A stretch of 64,000 nt of DNA. Origin: Clostridia bacterium. GTDB lineage: Bacteria; Bacillota; DTU025. Positions 61,068 to 64,000 of this stretch are shown here, piece by piece (position 1 is the stretch's first letter; the number at the start of each line of letters is the position of its first letter). The stretch covers positions 184,217-248,216 of the forward strand of contig JAYFQW010000006.1 in NCBI GenBank assembly GCA_034926675.1, written 5' to 3'. The notes below the pieces were generated by a model. The model had not been told where the DNA came from. It searched no databases and saw nothing but the letters and a program-made list of their open reading frames with translations. A program made the translations under genes and the position numbers.

Positions 61068-63139
61068 AAACTGGCGAACCTCCGTCTGAGATCCCTGATG
61101 TTATCCCGAATTCCCGCTGCTCGTTCGAACTCAAGAAGAGCCGCGGCCTTCTTCATCTGCTCCTCAAGGTACTTGATATGCCTCACAAGCTCCCGTTCGT
61201 CCATGGATTCCACATCAAGAGCGGCCTCCTTGTCCGAATCCGCGATAGCTTTCCCAGCCGCAGCCGGAACTTGGGCTCCGCTACCGTGGACGCCTGCGCG
61301 CCTGCCTGTGGATGCCTCGCTTCCGGCAGCTGCTTTCCCGACGCCGTCCCCACCCTCTCCGAACTGCCGGATGGCGGTCTTCACCGACGCAGGGGTGATT
61401 CCATGCTCCTCATTGAAACTTGACTGGATCACGCGTCGCCGTTCGGTTTCGCTGATCGCTTGCTTCATCGAGTCGGTGATCCTGTCTGCGTACATTATCA
61501 CGCGCCCATCCACATTTCGTGCGGCTCGGCCGATTGTCTGAACAAGAGATGTGGCTGAGCGCAGGTAGCCCTCTTTGTCGGCGTCAAGGATGGCCACGAG
61601 CCCTACCTCCGGAAGATCCAGCCCCTCGCGAAGTAGGTTGATCCCCACGAGAACGTCAAACTCACCGAGCCTCAGGTCGCGCAGGATCTCGACCCTCTCC
61701 ATCGTGTCGATCTCGGAGTGAAGGTACCTGACCCTGACGTCCAGCTCGCGCAGGTAGTCGGTAAGATCCTCAGCCATCTTCTTCGTAAGCGTCGTTACGA
61801 GCACGCGGTAGCCGCTCTCAACAGTGGTGCGTATCTGGCCGAGAAGGTCATCCACCTGCCCCCTGACTGGCTTGACTGTTAGCTCCGGATCGATCAACCC
61901 AGTCGGGCGGATTATCTGCTCCACCACCTGGGAAGAGTGAGTTCTCTCATACTCAGCTGGAGTGGCGGACACATATATGACCTGGTTGACTCTTCGCTCG
62001 AACTCATCGAACCGAAGGGGTCGGTTGTCGAAGGCAGACGGCAGCCGGAATCCATAGCCCACAAGGCTTTCCTTTCGAGACCTATCCCCAAAGTACATGC
62101 CTCGAATCTGAGGCACAGTCACATGTGACTCGTCGATGAACATGAGATAGTCGTCTGGGAAATAGTCGAGGAGTGTGGCCGGCGCATCCCCCGAATCCCT
62201 CCCGGCCAGGTGCCTGGAGTAGTTCTCCACCCCTGAGCAGTACCCAACCTCCTGGAGCATCTCAAGGTCAAACCGTGTTCGCTGCTCAAGCCTCTGAGCC
62301 TCCAGCAGTTTTCCCCCGGCCTTGAGCTCAGACAGCCGTGCATCCAGTTCTTGTTCGATGGCGCTAATGGCTGCTTTCATTCTCTCAGGGCTCGTAACAT
62401 AGTGAGTAGCAGGGTAGATGAACGCTGAATCCCTGGCGCCGAGGATCTCGCCGGTCAGGGTGTCGACATCAGTGATGCGGTCGATCTCGTCTCCAAAGAA
62501 TTCGACTCTGATTCCACTGTCGCCGCCAGCGGGGATGATCTCGACCACATCGCCACGCACCCTGAATGTGCCGCGGGTTATACCGATGTCGTTGCGGCTG
62601 TACTGAATAGCGACCAGCCTACGGAGGAGATGATCTCTATCGGCGCCCTGCCCCCGTTTCACCACGACCGCCTGTTTCAGGTACTCCTCAGGCATCCCCA
62701 GGCCGTATATGCACGAGACGCTAGCTACAATCACCACATCGCGCCTCTCCACCAGAGCGGAGGTTGCAGCATGGCGCATCCTATCGATCTCATCATTGAT
62801 CTGGGCATCTTTTTCGATGTATGTGTCGCTCTGAGGTATGTATGCCTCAGGCTGGTAGTAGTCGTAATAGCTTACGAAATAGTGCACCGCATTCCGCGGG
62901 AAGAATTCACGAAACTCCGAGGCGAGCTGCGCCGCCAAAGTCTTGTTGTGGGCGATCACCAGCGTCGGCCTGCCCAGCTGCTGAATCAGATTGGCCATCG
63001 TGAAGGTCTTGCCACTGCCCGTGACCCCAAGCAGCACCTGGCCGCGCATGCCAGCCTCCACCCCCGCCATGAGTTTGCTGATTGCCTTGGGCTGATCCCC
63101 AGCTGGGGCGTAGTTCGACTTGAGTTTGAACTCGCGCAC
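61064..63139 (-). CDS. uvrB: excinuclease ABC subunit B
   Basis: It contains [19 protein letters not shown], the beta-hairpin region, helicase motifs and the C-terminal UVR domain (..[16 protein letters not shown]). The start is GTG, 5 nt after GGAGGTG. It has an ATGA-type 4-nt overlap with uvrA. Confidence 0.97.
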   Translation of the reverse strand: MREFKLKSNYAPAGDQPKAISKLMAGVEAGMRGQVLLGVTGSGKTFTMANLIQQLGRPTLVIAHNKTLAAQLASEFREFFPRNAVHYFVSYYDYYQPEAYIPQSDTYIEKDAQINDEIDRMRHAATSALVERRDVVIVASVSCIYGLGMPEEYLKQAVVVKRGQGADRDHLLRRLVAIQYSRNDIGITRGTFRVRGDVVEIIPAGGDSGIRVEFFGDEIDRITDVDTLTGEILGARDSAFIYPATHYVTSPERMKAAISAIEQELDARLSELKAGGKLLEAQRLEQRTRFDLEMLQEVGYCSGVENYSRHLAGRDSGDAPATLLDYFPDDYLMFIDESHVTVPQIRGMYFGDRSRKESLVGYGFRLPSAFDNRPLRFDEFERRVNQVIYVSATPAEYERTHSSQVVEQIIRPTGLIDPELTVKPVRGQVDDLLGQIRTTVESGYRVLVTTLTKKMAEDLTDYLRELDVRVRYLHSEIDTMERVEILRDLRLGEFDVLVGINLLREGLDLPEVGLVAILDADKEGYLRSATSLVQTIGRAARNVDGRVIMYADRITDSMKQAISETERRRVIQSSFNEEHGITPASVKTAIRQFGEGGDGVGKAAAGSEASTGRRAGVHGSGAQVPAAAGKAIADSDKEAALDVESMDERELVRHIKYLEEQMKKAAALLEFERAAGIRDNIRDLRRRFASL

Positions 63140-63170
63140 AACAACACCTCCGTCCGCCTGTGCAAGCTAC

Positions 63171-63197
63171 ATTATACCATGGGCGGCTGACTTGCAA
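63171..63197 (-). promoter_or_regulatory. candidate extended -10 promoter of uvrB (TTGCAA-N15-TGgTATAAT)
   Basis: The minus strand reads cgcTTGCAAgtcagccgcccaTGgTATAATgtag. The -10 is at 63171-63176, 32 nt upstream of the GTG. Confidence 0.45.
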
Positions 63198-63206
63198 GCG
63201 CAAATA

Positions 63207-63236
63207 CGAACATGTATTCTCCCGAACAAGTATTCG
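63207..63236. promoter_or_regulatory. two tandem Cheo-box-like (Gram-positive LexA) sites
   Basis: The sites are CGAACATGTATTCT (63207-63220) and CGAACAAGTATTCG (63223-63236). Against CGAAC-N4-GTTCG they have 2 and 1 mismatches respectively. They lie just upstream of the uvrB -35. Confidence 0.45.
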
Positions 63237-63812
63237 ACCCGGCTGCTAGTTTTCCTGCCGAGTATTCCCGTGATTCCGTATTGTGCATGCCTTCGATGCA
63301 CTCCAGCTGCCGTCGGTTCCATGCTGCCTTCCCGGAGATGCGAGCCACGCTGCCCCTCTCGATGACTTGGCCTACTGAGTGGGCCGTAACTGTCCGCCGC
63401 CCGGGTTCGAGTTCGCTGGAAACAACGCCACTAGTCCCCTCACATTCGCAGGGGGTGAATGCGGCGCCTGGGAGATGCGTACAAGGCGGGAGAGTGCAAT
63501 GAATCGAGACAGACTGCCGTCATGCCGCGAGGCCTGATTGAAGCCCTCCGAACGTGCGCCTCGGCAGGATCGGCGGCGAGGAGCTTCCCCGATTGGACGT
63601 ATGGCATAATGTGGCACAGGTGAATCAGAGCTAGACGCGGCTTTGGAGATAGCCCATTCGCGTCACGAGTTCCGCGTGAACCCCTACTGCGGGAGTCGGA
63701 GTGTCAATGTGGACGAAATGTACATTAACCCACGGTCAATGTCGAATTGAGTTGCATTGATCGCGCGACAGTTCCGGTTTGATCGACACTGAGCCCCTTG
63801 AATCCCGAGTGT

Positions 63813-63841
63813 GAAGAAAAGCGCCGAACGGGTCCGCTCGC
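63813..63841 (-). terminator. weak intrinsic-terminator-like hairpin + U tract
   Basis: The minus strand reads GCGAGCGGACCCGTTCGGCGC followed by TTTTCTTC, which gives an interrupted 3+3 bp stem only. It lies 25 nt after the TGA at 63866. Confidence 0.3.
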
Positions 63842-63865
63842 CTCCTTCAGTCTGCGATCACCATA

Positions 63866-64000
63866 TCAGATGCATCTGTGATCGATGTGATGAAAGCGAA
63901 TGCGCTCCACGCTCATTACTGCATGGTACTGTGCACCTATGCCATTGTCTATGGTTACAGACGCTACACGGTCGCCGGAGACGACTTCAATGCCAGCCTG
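63866..64000 (-). CDS. possible 3' end of a gene extending beyond the window (strand unresolved)
   Basis: The frame is open from the window edge to TGA 63866-63868 (..IEVVSGDRVASVTIDNGIGAQYHAVMSVERIRFHHIDHRCI*) and is followed by the terminator-like element. However, the plus strand also has an open frame from GTG 63887 / ATG 63890 (MKANALHAHYCMVLCTYAIVYGYRRYTVAGDDFNASL..). By my count that frame has higher third-position GC. Confidence 0.3.
   Translation of the reverse strand, partial: QAGIEVVSGDRVASVTIDNGIGAQYHAVMSVERIRFHHIDHRCI

Noticed and set aside
63395-63420. GGGTTCGAGTTCGC resembles a tRNA/tmRNA T-loop (GGTTCGAnTCC).
   Set aside because: The flanking bases do not form a T-stem, and no acceptor or anticodon arms can be drawn. 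No tRNA-like cloverleaf is evident.
63212-63502. A 96-aa plus-strand ORF starts inside the first LexA-like box. It could in principle be a divergent SOS-induced small protein, analogous to yneA.
   Set aside because: It has no SD before the ATG and a Ser/Pro/Arg-rich composition with no hydrophobic core or TM segment. Its third-position GC is no better than the other frames.
63615-63700. GGTGAATCAGAGCTAGACGCGG and GTGAACCCCTACTGCGGGAGTCGG are reminiscent of the GAAUCC / CAGCUAAC blocks of the c-di-AMP (ydaO) riboswitch. CTGAGCCCCTTGAATCC at 63790-63806 is reminiscent of the TPP element.
   Set aside because: Only fragments of each consensus are present. The ACGGGG/GGGGA blocks and the pseudo-twofold helices of ydaO are missing, as are the GGGGUGC and pyrimidine-sensor helices of TPP. 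This cannot be supported without a covariance-model search.

Overview
This is a densely coding, GC-rich (about 60% by eye) bacterial chromosome segment with about 55 protein genes. I recognised no rRNA, tRNA, CRISPR array, IS/transposase or prophage gene. Most of the content is core housekeeping. Local gene orders copy Bacillus-type (Bacillota) syntenies. The plus strand carries hspR-dnaK-grpE-dnaJ-clpB at 13.8-20.5 kb. An unbroken ~42 kb run of minus-strand genes follows (20.7-63.1 kb): gatCAB, ligA, pcrA, gltX, pmbA/tldD, guaA, hpt, tsaE-tsaB-rimI-tsaD, acpS-nnr-alr-mazEF, cdaA-cdaR-glmM-glmS, a yvlBCD-like envelope module, ogt and uvrB-uvrA-uvrC. Three parts are less ordinary. (i) At 2.3-13.6 kb there is a cluster of five exported or membrane-anchored proteins, centred on a tightly coupled operon of AMMECR1 (TM-anchored), alpha-2-macroglobulin (intact thioester) and VanW. 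(ii) At 52.7-55.5 kb there is a DUF2089 / DUF4097 / SHOCT-like / PspC / YvlD operon, driven by a perfect consensus promoter that is overlapped by a perfect 14-bp palindrome. (iii) Upstream of uvrB there is a ~0.7 kb non-coding spacer with tandem LexA-like boxes and a cluster of short palindromes. I do not see convincing evidence for a wholly new multi-gene system such as a defence island, so candidates carry modest scores. All function calls rest on motif recognition by eye in the translated ORFs. No database search or folding was possible. Several starts were refined from the ORF track using homology logic, SD spacing and ATGA overlaps.
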